Below the pieces are notes generated by a model. It was not told where the DNA came from and ran no database searches. It saw only the letters and a program-made list of their open reading frames with translations. Shown here piece by piece: positions 11,801-22,162 of a stretch of DNA of 64,000 bases. The number at the start of each line of letters is the position of its first letter. The first letter of the stretch is position 1. This DNA is from Amoebophrya sp. A120 (Eukaryota; Protista; Dinoflagellata). The stretch covers positions 897,386-961,385 of the forward strand of contig CAJINV010000016.1 of assembly GCA_905178155.1 (NCBI GenBank). The letters run 5' to 3'. The position numbers and the translations under genes were made by a program.

Positions 11801-14138
11801 GGCGGTAATACAACTACATCGTTGCAGGTGCAGCAGAGCCCAGCCGCCGGTAGTTCAATATCATCTTCGGCTAGTACTAGAAGTGCACAACTTCCAGGTC
11901 GCCCGCCCACGCTGCCAACGAAGAAGAACTCCTCAGCGGCAACAAAATCCGCTCCCTCTGCAAAACTCAGGACGTCAGAGTCTGCAACTTCAGGCACGCA
12001 AGATGATGAACATCAAGTCTCTCCTATTTTATCCGGAGGAGGTTGCACTAGTAGTGCGAGCAATTCTACCTGTTCCGTTCCGTCCCCTACAGGAGCCACT
12101 GCTTCGAAGCAGCACCAGCAGCAGTTTCGAAAACAAAACGTCCCGACTTTCACTGCACCTGCAGCCGGCGCACGACCCGCCGCGAGCTTGACGAGCTCGC
12201 TGCTTTCTCATGCCGCAAGCAGCAGTGCAAGTATGAGCGCCGGGACCACAGCCGCTGGAAATAAAATAGATTTGGTAAATACGCAGCCGGTAATGTTTCC
12301 AGGAACAACAGCCGGTAATAGTAAATTATCCGGTGCAACGTCTACAGCATCGAGGGGTGCAGCTAGTGGTCACAGCTCCTCCGGGTCGCAGAGCTATTCT
12401 TCCGGTAGGTATGCAAAAAAAACCAAATAAAGTTTCGTACTCGTTGTATGTATTCTTGCAGTACAACAGCATGACAGATCCGGTTATAATTCTTGCCTAG
12501 TTCAGCATTTTTACACGTTCTGTTTTTCTTTGTGGAAAAAGTTGCTGCTAATGCCGCTATTTCTACTCAATAGTACGAAAGCGAATACTTTTGCAATGCA
12601 TGATAGGGAAGACGTGGTGATGCGCGGGAACAACAGCAATCACGGAGCCGGAGGTGGCGGTGTAAACTCTTCCTTTTCCTCTAGGTTTTCATCTGATGGT
12701 GCTCCTCGGGGAGGTGGAACAAAAAGCAACACCAGCAAAGCTTCTTCTTCGTTCAAGAACCGACGGGCGAATTTGCTCGATTCGTTAAACACAAGTGATG
12801 AGGATGATGACGATGATAGTCACCCTGCTTTCTCGAGTTCCAATGAGGGCGGGGGCAACTCAAGCACAACGTCGGGCGCAGCGATGGTCGTTGGTGGCTC
12901 CTCTGGTGCGACGTCCTCGACGGCCCACCAACAACATCCTTTCGCGTGGGTCAAGACAGCAGGTTTGACAGGTGGCTGCAACCATTTGGCTGGAGCTGTG
13001 CCGAGCTCCAAACCGGGCGGGACGAGCAAGAGTCACCAAGTTCATCCTGGAACTAGTGGAAGCTTGAGCAGCAGTGGGCGGGCTGTGAACTACAGCAATT
13101 TTAATCACGCAGTAATGTCGACCGGGACCACGCCGGCCGACAGACTGCACGCGATGCAGAGCCGGCAGAGCCAGACGCACGCCGTGAAGGTGATTTTGGA
13201 GAAGAAAAGCTATCAGGAACAGCTGCTCCGATTAAAGCACAACGTGGACAAGGTTTCGAACGAAGACGACTGGAACGACTTAACCGAGGTAGAGCGGGAC
13301 TTCTCGACGAAGCTCGGCTACCAGTTTCTAAGCGTCACCGGGGGAGCTGCTAGTGCTACAACCGCAGGAGCAGGAGCTACTGCAGCACCCTCCGGAGGAG
13401 CCCCCGCCGGTCCTCAAAGTGGTCAGCAGGGCAACAAGAATCCGATAGGCAAAGCCGTTTTCCACTTGCTCAGTGTGCTGATAACGCAGAGTATCCACAG
13501 TAAAGTTCCCGTACACGTACAAATGCAGTCTCTGCATGACAAAACTTGCCTTCAATCCTAGTCCAGCATGACAAGTTGGACTCTGCAAGGTTGCGAAATT
13601 TGTCATGCATTTTGTACATGTGCAGGAAATTTACATTGCATACAGAGTGACATGTACGCTCGGAATGTGGACCAGGACTGGAATCCGGACCGCTTCAACG
13701 TTATGGTAGTGTCAGGATGGAAATCGACAAAGTTGAAATGATTTGTAATGCATAAAATGCATGACCAGGCGTACGTGTGTTGCAGAGCAGGCAAGTGAGC
13801 CCGATTGTAATCCTGTTTGGGGTTAGAGCTCGAGCTGCTAAAGTAGCATGAGAAAACTAGTCTTCTTTGCCTAAACAGCATGACAAACTGGATTTAGACG
13901 GAGCCGAGAGCTGTCATGCACCGCTTAGAAATTGGGCTTCGAACTGGCATCGATTTCATGCATTACAAGTTATTTGTGTAGTGGTTTCGGTCAGTTTAGC
14001 ATTACAAGTTATTTCAACTTTGGCGATTTCAATCCTGACGCTTCCATAAACGTGCACCGGGCATGCATGAAAGCGCGAATCACGTACTATGACGAGATTA
14101 TTCGCAACTACTTAAATGGAGGTAGTGCAGCTGGGTGA
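8811..14138 (+). CDS. Ser/Thr/Gly-rich hypothetical protein with an ordered C-terminal region; multi-exon, start uncertain
   Basis: ORFs 8811-10334, 11378-12430, 12530-13561 and 13932-14138 are joined by GT-AG introns 10254-10426, 10700-10915, 12409-12606 and by elements 11111-11345, 13492-13642, 13702-14048. Ends ...ITQSDMYARNVDQDWNPDRFNVHRACMKARITYYDEIIRNYLNGGSAAG*. Confidence 0.7.
11111..11345. mobile_element. Introner, family G
   Basis: Perfect 14-bp TIR tatggcgttctcaa / ttgagaacgccata, extending imperfectly; direct repeat CATCC. Confidence 0.92.
12410..12602. mobile_element. Decayed family-A introner inside GT-AG intron 12409-12606
   Basis: Residual tatgca...tttcgtactcgt and tagtacga...atacttttgcaatgcatg; repeat GTAGG/ATAGG. 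Confidence 0.7.
13492..13642. mobile_element. Introner, family H
   Basis: tatccacagtaaagttcccgtacacgtacaaa pairs with tttgtacatgtgcaggaaatttacattgcata; direct repeat CAGAG. Confidence 0.88.
13702..14048. mobile_element. Introner, family I
   Basis: ~50-bp imperfect TIR (tatggtagtgtcaggatggaaatcgacaaagttgaaat...); direct repeat AACGT. Confidence 0.9.
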
Positions 14139-14459
14139 TAATGATATCGATAAATATGTCATCAATATGGAACCGAAAAATTCGAAATTCTTAACATCTC
14201 TCTATGTCTATGTTGCTTCATCCACTTTCATTCTTTCAACTTATTGTGCACAAAAATTTGCTATGCTTGTCGCGTGATGTGTAGCCCCCACATTTTGGTG
14301 TTGGTCCTTCTCTCTACTGTACTCTTGAATAAAAAAATGGCGAGCATGTTTTCATTTGCACTTAAACTTGTCGCTGCTCATAGTCGCACAGTCACGGCAC
14401 TTGATATAGTTGTGGAGCGCACGAATATGTATTCCAATTTCCACCTAGTAGAACTAGTT

Positions 14460-14651
14460 TTTTAGACGGTAATATAATATTTTTCGGTTTAGGTTTAGGT
14501 AGGCCGCCACCGCCGCCGGCACGGGATGGCTGTCGTCGCGACCGTCTCACCTCCGATCTACGCCTTCTCCTGCCGCACAAGTTCGATCCGGAAAGGGTTT
14601 AGTTTAGGTTTCAGGGTTTAGGATATCCACTTTTAGACGGTAATATAATAT
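14460..14651 (+). repeat. 21-bp direct repeat enclosing telomere-like TTTAGG(G) motifs
   Basis: ttttagacggtaatataatat at 14460-14480 and 14631-14651; ggtttaggtttagg at 14486 and gggtttagtttaggtttcagggtttagg at 14595-14622. Confidence 0.75.
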
Positions 14652-15202
14652 CGCGATATTTTATAGTTGGCGCGGAGCATTTGATATATTGGTATTGATT
14701 TTTCGGGTGCGGACTCGATCTCCGAGCACGCATAGAGCGAGAGCCACTTACGAGTCGTGTATCGTTTTTGAATTTTGGTAAACTATGTCGTACAGCAGCC
14801 GAAGGTTTTTTTGAAAAGGCGGACAGTTTATTTTCTTTTATCATGCAGCTGCTGGTGCTGCTGCACCTTTAGCTTTACCACCACTTAGTCCTCAGGTATA
14901 ACGTCGTCTTTGCGAGTTCGTTAGTCGAAGATGTCTTCTTGCAAAGCGGTTGCTCTCTGTCTATTGTCAACTAATTTCTTTTGTCATGATTGTACGCGGC
15001 AAGAACATCAACGGGCACAAAGGGAGTCATCGTGGAACTTGGCTTCGTCTCTTATCAACAGCAGCAAAAGAACAAGAAGAAGACTTGGGAGCAGGAGACC
15101 CCCACTAAAAGCCATATAGTCAGTAAAAAAGGGGCGTGAAGTAGATCCGCTTCCGTGTGGGTCTCTTCCGTTTGCGAGCACCCACCGTAGTGCTGCCTTC
15201 GT

Positions 15203-15293
15203 CATGATGATTGAGAGATCGTATGTTGATCAAAGGTTCCCGTTCCATGATTTTTTGAGAGATCGTATGATCATGATTTTTTGAGAGATCGTA
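15203..15293 (+). repeat. Imperfect repeat catgat(t)n-gagagatcgta, three copies
   Basis: Copies start at ~15203, 15246 and 15272. Confidence 0.8.
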
Positions 15294-15643
15294 CCGAACA
15301 AGATGATTAAAGGTACTTCTACGTAGAGGTTCTACAACTTAAACTCTTGTCGATTTGCGAAGTTGTTTTCTTCTACCCGCGCTTAGAAATTATAGTGCGG
15401 ATAGAAGATGAAAAATAGTGCCGTGAGTAGCATTGGATCATGATGAAAAACAAAAACGGAAGAAAGATCAAATTTGAGAGAGCGAAATGGTCTTCGGTCG
15501 TAACGAAATCTTTAACGATGGAATCTTGTATGCAGTACTTACGTACTCTACAACCTAAATTGCGGCTCACTAAGATTAAGGAAAAAATCGTTCCACTACT
15601 GACTCGGGATGTGGTCTTCTCACTGCCTGCGAATATGTCATGT

Positions 15644-15645
<2 letters not shown>

Positions 15646-15695
<50 letters not shown>
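15646..15695 (+). repeat. (GT)25 microsatellite
   Basis: Direct reading. Confidence 0.97.
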
Positions 15696-15696
<1 letters not shown>

Positions 15697-16278
15697 TTTG
15701 CTGCATCAAGACTCAGATTCGGTCTGGTAACTCGAGCAAGAAAATTATGCTCATTGGTTGTCGGAAAAAAAAATTTGAAAATGTTATAGATATGAGAACC
15801 ATGGCTCCTATGAGGAATGTGGGTCGAAATCTGTATATTAGCTTCTCGAAGATGTCGTGGGAACGAGGTCGGTACTTTGCAAAATGAATAATATTCATGG
15901 CTGGGCTGTGTCGTGTGTGCTTATGCTGTCATCCACCTATCTCATCCGCAGTTACACAGTGAATTGTGGAAGCTCCCCTCTACTAGCGAAAGCCGTAGCT
16001 TACCAATCTTCGCAGTTCGCCCCAGCTACAGTGATCTACCTAAGCTTATATTTCCGGATTTCGCATTCGCATTGCAATATATGTCTTCGCGCTTGCGCCG
16101 GGTTTTCTATCTTCTGAGTCGTGGTATTTTTTAAAGGAGGTTTATATCTTGATTTGCCCTAGTTAGAAGCCTTAGTCTTGATACAAAATTAACTTTTGAC
16201 CCGTCCTCTCACCGGACTATTATTCTATAATTCCTTCCGGTATATCTATATTCGAATTCTCGAAGTAGTACGAAGTTT

Positions 16279-18198
16279 TTGGCGAATTGTAAAAAAATCA
16301 ACATGGCACAACTACAAGTGAATACTGCGTCACGCTCCAGAACTGTTGCCCTATCCATTTTCCCTTTAAAAATGTTGTGGGCCACAATCTTCTTGCAAAT
16401 GCAAGAATGGTCGCGTAGTTTACACTCTAGGACGGATCCTCTTGTAGGCTTTTTTACAACACCGCATGGTTTTATGCCTCCTGGAGGTGTGAGTGCTGCG
16501 CGTCGCGGGAGGGGGAGCAGGAGGAGCAGAAAAAGAAAAAATAAAGACGAAAAGAAGCGTGGCGAAGGCGAAGCAGGCGCGCGAGGGAAACGACAGTGGG
16601 TCCCGGTCGAGACAAGAAGACTGATGGAGGACATTGAGCTTCAAGCGCTAAGAAGCTGGTATGTTAAAACAGTTTTAATACCTGCGGAAGGGGACGATCT
16701 TCAAGGTCAACAACTACACCGCCAGCAACATCAGCCTGGTGTTGTTGAGGAGAGCATCAAGGAGTTTGAGACGCGCGCGTTTTTGGTCTACAAGCGCATG
16801 ATGCCGGCCGCGGTCCTAGTGAGGAAGGGGAACCTCGTCTGGCCGGAGTTAATGAAATCCCCCCGCTCGGACAAGATCGACTTCGACATCGAAGGATCCT
16901 ACTGCCCCCCAAAAGAAATCAAAGCCATGTTAGCAGACGTTAAACGCACGATGTGGCATGAGGAATTCGCGAAAGAACAAGACTTCCGGCGTTTTTTTGT
17001 CGCCCCCCGTAATCCTGCTGAGGAGATGAAATTGAATTTGAAACAAGTGTACCAGGACTTGGTCAAGGTCGTCTTGCTGTCCGCGTGCTCCGAATGGTAT
17101 TATCGGCAGGTTTATGCTGAGCAAGACACTACAGGTGAAGTAGAACACGCGGCGGTCGCACACGACCAGCAGGTCTTTGAATTCTATTCGCAAGCGGACG
17201 TCTACCTGGCAGAAACGGTCCTTTGGGATGCATTGCTGGCTGGAGTTCGACGCACCCCCGTGCTGCAAGGAGTAAGAACACAGGAGGACCTCCAGCAAGA
17301 CGCTCTGGTGATGCTACTTGTGGGCAGCCTCGAGGCAGTAGAGAAATACCTCGCATGGGCGTTGGGTAGAAATCACGACAGCGGCGTCGACGGGCACAGG
17401 CACTGGGCTGCTTCTGCTCCTGGTCCTGCTCCACTTCTGCCGCCGCTGGTCGTGAAACACGAGGGTGAGAAGGTACTTCGAAGGGAACTAGAAGCAAGGG
17501 GTGAAAAGTTGATCAATGAAAAATGGCGGACGGTGCTGTCGCGAAAACTGCCGAGAGAGTATCTCGAGGAGATGGGGAAACTTTTTCAAGAAGCCTTCGA
17601 CGAGTACGACAGCACTATCGATCACTCCGATGCTGCTTTGGAAACGTTTTGGGAAGTTCAATGGCGCGGGTTTGTGCAATCGCAGGTCTTTAGCTTCGTG
17701 GATCCCAAGAAGCTCATTGGATCCGGGCTTCTCAACAAGATTCTGCAGCACGTGCAGAAAACCCAGAACCCAGTGTTGGTGTCCGTTGCCCTGGCACTGA
17801 GCTTGGCTCCCCATGTGCAGCTGGACAGGACGCCACCTGGTTTCGATGTATCTGATCCACCACCTACAATGGCCATTTATAACTGGAACAGAATGCCGAC
17901 GCGAGCCAGCTTTGCGCATATGACCGAAAGGAAATTGAAAACGGAAGTCGTTCCCGCTTTGGAAGGGTATGTTTCCCGCTTTCTCACAGGTGTTGAAAAT
18001 CATGGCATCCATGCGCGGCCGGAGCACGGCGCTAGCAGTGCAGTGCAAAAGTTTGTGAAGAGGATCCTGGAGAAGGTGGACAGGATGATGAAGAAAGACG
18101 AGCTCCGAGCCGAGTTGTTTGAGGCTTTTAAGGCTGGTGGTAATGGTGCTCCGCGCGAGTGGTTAGCACGAGCTGATTTGTTGCGGTTCGCGTTGTAG
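16279..18198 (+). CDS. Hypothetical protein, apparently intronless; true start probably a downstream ATG
   Basis: 639-codon ORF with globular, helical-looking composition; no family recognised. Confidence 0.7.
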   Translation: MANCKKINMAQLQVNTASRSRTVALSIFPLKMLWATIFLQMQEWSRSLHSRTDPLVGFFTTPHGFMPPGGVSAARRGRGSRRSRKRKNKDEKKRGEGEAGARGKRQWVPVETRRLMEDIELQALRSWYVKTVLIPAEGDDLQGQQLHRQQHQPGVVEESIKEFETRAFLVYKRMMPAAVLVRKGNLVWPELMKSPRSDKIDFDIEGSYCPPKEIKAMLADVKRTMWHEEFAKEQDFRRFFVAPRNPAEEMKLNLKQVYQDLVKVVLLSACSEWYYRQVYAEQDTTGEVEHAAVAHDQQVFEFYSQADVYLAETVLWDALLAGVRRTPVLQGVRTQEDLQQDALVMLLVGSLEAVEKYLAWALGRNHDSGVDGHRHWAASAPGPAPLLPPLVVKHEGEKVLRRELEARGEKLINEKWRTVLSRKLPREYLEEMGKLFQEAFDEYDSTIDHSDAALETFWEVQWRGFVQSQVFSFVDPKKLIGSGLLNKILQHVQKTQNPVLVSVALALSLAPHVQLDRTPPGFDVSDPPPTMAIYNWNRMPTRASFAHMTERKLKTEVVPALEGYVSRFLTGVENHGIHARPEHGASSAVQKFVKRILEKVDRMMKKDELRAELFEAFKAGGNGAPREWLARADLLRFAL

Positions 18199-18544
18199 TT
18201 CTCAAAGCTATAAAATCCACGCGCAGCATCGGCCTGCAGCACCTCTATCCCAGTGCGCAATTTTGTGCAGAGCCTGCAAGCGGGAGAACGATCACGCAGA
18301 CGCACTAAAGCAATGCGCACTTCTACAGAGCCCCCCTTTCATGATATGTTTGTATGAGCTTTATTAAGTAATTTATGCGAACGAAAAGACAGCAGGCAGA
18401 ATTATTTCTCATGCGGCGAAGCTCTTACACCGCATTATGCTGTTTTGTGTGCACGGGAGTCACAGTGGCGTTGGCGTACGAAAGAAACAGCCGCAGCTCC
18501 CAACAAGCCACGAGGGCATCGCGAAATTTTATCTGACAGTTTTA

Positions 18545-18806
18545 TATCAAATGCAAAAATGTCTGGGTCAGGAAGATTGCGAGATTTGTCATGCACATTT
18601 TGCATGACTCCTGATGTCTGTGATGCATGCCCTAGGATCAGAAATTTTTTGAGGGCTTTCTGATGCGTATCCTGAATGACAAATGCCCTCTCCGTGTAGC
18701 ACAAAATCGAATCCTCTAGCTAGTCATGCAACACAGATTCTCTTAGAATCCGAAGACAGCATCAGAAGTTGCATCCTTCCAGACCCAGACATTTTTACAA
18801 TCCATA
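18545..18806. mobile_element. Family-B element at an apparently non-coding site
   Basis: TAT...ATA ends, family-B TIRs, direct repeat TTTTA; flanks give no convincing protein. Confidence 0.88.
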
Positions 18807-18823
18807 TTTTAAACGAACTCGAG

Positions 18824-18910
18824 CTCCGAGCTGTAGCTTGAAACTCCGAGCTGGCAACTTGAAACTCCGAGATGCAGCTTGAAACGTAAATGATGATGAT
18901 GATGATGATG
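18824..18910 (+). repeat. ~20-bp tandem repeat (ctccgag...cttgaaa) x3 followed by (GAT)n
   Basis: Direct reading. Confidence 0.8.
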
Positions 18911-19397
18911 ACAACGTACCTCTACCTGGTAGGCACGCAACAGCATCTGCTAGAGGGCAAGATGCGTGATGTGCGGCGCGTTGAGCTCGCAGCTGAGGCT
19001 GCTGCACGTCTAAAGACCGTGGCATAATTTATCAAAATGACGCTAGCAGCTTGAACCGCATTGATGCAGCCATCAGGAACAGGGAATTGAGATTGCCGGA
19101 GCTCACACAGACACCGGCCCCCCTAGGGGACGCATAGGCCCCTCCTGGCTCCGATGTTCACCTGTTGAGATGATTTTGCTTTCTTGTTTCACTTTGATCA
19201 GGTCGAAGTTAGTAGGTGCGAAAATGAAGTAAGAACTGTGAACAGAATTCGGGACACGGGCACTACGTTCGCTTGTCAAATCATGAGATATTAAAATGAA
19301 TGAGTATACCAGAAATCTTCAACAACATACGAGGGCGAGGCTAGCCACTTTCGAAGGCCCGAGGAACTAAACTAGAGAAGTAATATAAAAAAAGATC

Positions 19398-20696
19398 ATG
19401 CTTCGTTCGTCTCTTCCTCGTTTCATTCTGCGTAAATTTGAGTCCCATTTGCCGACCGTCGCGGAGTCAGCGTTTGTGGCGCCGTCGGCTGACGTGATCG
19501 GGAACGTGAAGCTTGGCGAAAATTCCTCGGTCTGGTACAATTGCGTGCTTCGCGGCGACGTGAACTTCATCGAAATTGGGAAAAATTCTAACGTGCAAGA
19601 TGGCACCGTGATCCACGTGCGGTCGGATTCCCTGGGTGGGAACAAGCCAAATCCCACGATCATTGGCGACAACGTGACCATCGGCCACAGTTGCCTTATC
19701 CACGCGTGCACGCTGGAAAGCAACAGTTTATCCAGGAAAAAAAGATTGTAGGTGTAACTTTCTTGGAGGATTAGCATGACAAATATCTCTCACATGACAC
19801 CAAAAACCTGTCATGCGCAGATAGTACGGGAAAACGCCGCTGAATGGACCCTACAATGCAGGCACAGCATGACAGGCTCAATCAGTTTGCATGTTCCGCA
19901 TCACAAATTTACACTAACAACCTTTTTTTTCTTCAATACAGCTTTGTCGGAATGCAGTCCTGTGTGATGGATTTTGCGCGCATCGAGTCCAACGGGTACC
20001 TCGGCGCGGGGTCCTTACTCCTCAGCGGCAAAGTGATACCAGCGAATGAACTATCCTGAGTAAAAATGTCCCCACACCAGAGTTGTCATGCAGATTTGCG
20101 ATTAGAGGAACGGAAGATTTGTAATGCGCATCTCCATGAGAGGCATTTCCAGTCTCGTTTTGGAATTTGTAATGCTGTAAACGGGATCAGAAGATGGATT
20201 TGTGATGCGGCTGCACTTGCTAAACTGCACTACACTACGGACTGCAATTTGCCATGCGTGGCTCCCAAAGCTTCTGGGTCTGTGTTGCTAAGTTCCCAAC
20301 TTGACTATGGGGTGGGGACGTTTTTACATATGATATCAACTGTGGGCCGGGCGGCCGGCAAAGTTTGTGCGGGAGCTGAAGCCAGAGGAGGTGGAGTTCA
20401 TTCAGAAAAGCGCTCGGGAGTATTATGACAGGTGTGCACAACTCCCCCTCCCCCTCATTTGTCATGCAAAACCCCAAATCCAAGTGCGTCCCTGTTGCAC
20501 TATTTGCATAACAGATTTTTCCGGAAGGCCAAACAGTACTACACTAGGCGCATGAATTTGTCATGCACAGGCTCCACCTGTGGTGGTGTTTGTATTGCTG
20601 TTCATGCCATACACATGAGGGGGAGGGGGGGTTGTGCGCTCTCATAAGTATGCGAAATTTGGCAGCAGACACAAAGTGTCGGTGGAAAGTGAATGA
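19398..20696 (+). CDS. Gamma-class carbonic anhydrase-like protein (left-handed beta-helix), 188 aa; exons 19398-19728, 19944-20051, 20341-20423, 20652-20696
   Basis: Motifs VWYNCVLRGDVN, NVQDGTVIH, VTIGHSCLIHAC and ELWAGRPAKFVREL; the frame is continuous only after removing three non-canonical introns. Confidence 0.93.
19729..19938. mobile_element. Introner, family F
   Basis: TAT...ATA ends; repeat CAGTT/CAGCT; near-identical to the reverse complement of 44347-44555. Confidence 0.92.
20052..20335. mobile_element. Introner, family D
   Basis: tatcctgagtaaaaatgtcccca / ggggacgtttttacatatgata; repeat TGAAC/TCAAC. Confidence 0.9.
20424..20646. mobile_element. Introner, family E (TIR tgcacaactccccctccccctcat)
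   Basis: TAT...ATA ends; direct repeat AGTAT. Confidence 0.9.
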
Positions 20697-22162
20697 CAAG
20701 CTTCTACAATTTTTTCGCGAAGAAGCTGTAAGAAAAAGTGTAATCGAATTTATACGAAAAGTTAAAGTAGAACACGACTCGTACTGAAGATGTTGACACG
20801 ATGAAACCACGCTCTGTAGAGTTCTACGAGAATATTGATGCCGTGCGTCGACAAGAAAAGGATCAAGATAGTCTTCACGATTGTCCTATTAGACTGTTCG
20901 AACCCGGCACTTCGATCATATGTAGGCGCAGCTTACTGCGCTGCAGTCGTGTCTGTTCCACTAGGCAGCGTGTGTCTTTCGAGTAAACACTGTAGAGGTA
21001 CAACTGGATGAGTATGAGAAAGGCATAACGCGAGTACGATGAAGATCTACTTGATCTTAGAATAGATAGTACAACATGTGATGCGCCGCCGTCGCAGTCG
21101 TCGCTGAGATCTCGTCTAATTTCGCTTGGTTTGCTGGCCGTGGTGAGCCTTTGTAGCCGCAGCATATAAAAATCAGTAGGTAGTTGTAAACAAAAACAGA
21201 CATTTAGTTTACAGGAACAAGAAGTTTGTCGATCTGGATCTTTATCATCAGCGATTCTTGTGGTTCTTTGAGCAGTCTTCGTTGACGAAGCCACAACATC
21301 ATCGAAGCCACATCTTCACGACGATTGATTCCGAATAGTACAAGAAAGCCTTTTTCTTTTTCTACTTTTCAACATTCCCTATAATTGAAGAATCAATCCA
21401 GCAGTAGTTCCGCTGTCATTGTCAATGTTATCCCGCCTTTGGCGCAGCTTCGTGAAAAGGGGTTTCCGTTTTTGAAAGAAGGATGAAGTTCTTGATCTCG
21501 TCCTTCCGGGTGGTGCGATTTATTTGGTAACAACAACGACGAGGGTCGTGGGCCAGAAGATCTTCATCTGACTTGACAACAGCGAAAAACCTTGTCCCTG
21601 TATAGTCTGTTGTCGTTCAAATTCATCATAAAGGAGGACCACACCGGTGACGAGTTTTCTTTGTGCGGCTCGGCAACCTCCTGCGCACCAGTGGCATGTT
21701 TCGAATAGCATTACGGATGTCGGAGTAGGAGTTCTGCAACTAAGTACACAAAGGCTGCAGCACTATTTCTTGGCGTGCGGCCGGGGAGTCCGAGGACGAG
21801 GAGGACGATCTTGTAATTAAGTACTACAGCCCAGTAGGACCAGAAGCGGAAGCAGAAAATTCCGCGACGGTGTCGCGTGATACTAGCGAGGAAGCATTTC
21901 GAAATTTTGTGTCGAATATTACGGGTTGTTTTTCTGGGGCGTCTGTAGAAGCTCGTTTTATCGCCGACACCTACTACTACTTGGAAGTGGAACTCCAGCA
22001 AGCTAGCGGCGGTGGGAACTTGAGAGCACGACGATAGCGAATTCGAAAGGCCGGCGCCAGAGTGTTAGTTTGCAGCTCAAGTAGAGCAAGCTGAAAGTAA
22101 GTAGCGGACGAGCTGGAAGGAACTTCTCCATCTGCCTCTACTTCTTTCCTCTTAACAACAAG

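Noticed and set aside
16279-18198. Intronless 639-aa ORF as the candidate transposase for the introners
   Set aside because: I see no DDE, tyrosine-recombinase or zinc-finger motifs and no enclosing TIRs; an HMM or structure search would be needed to exclude it fully.
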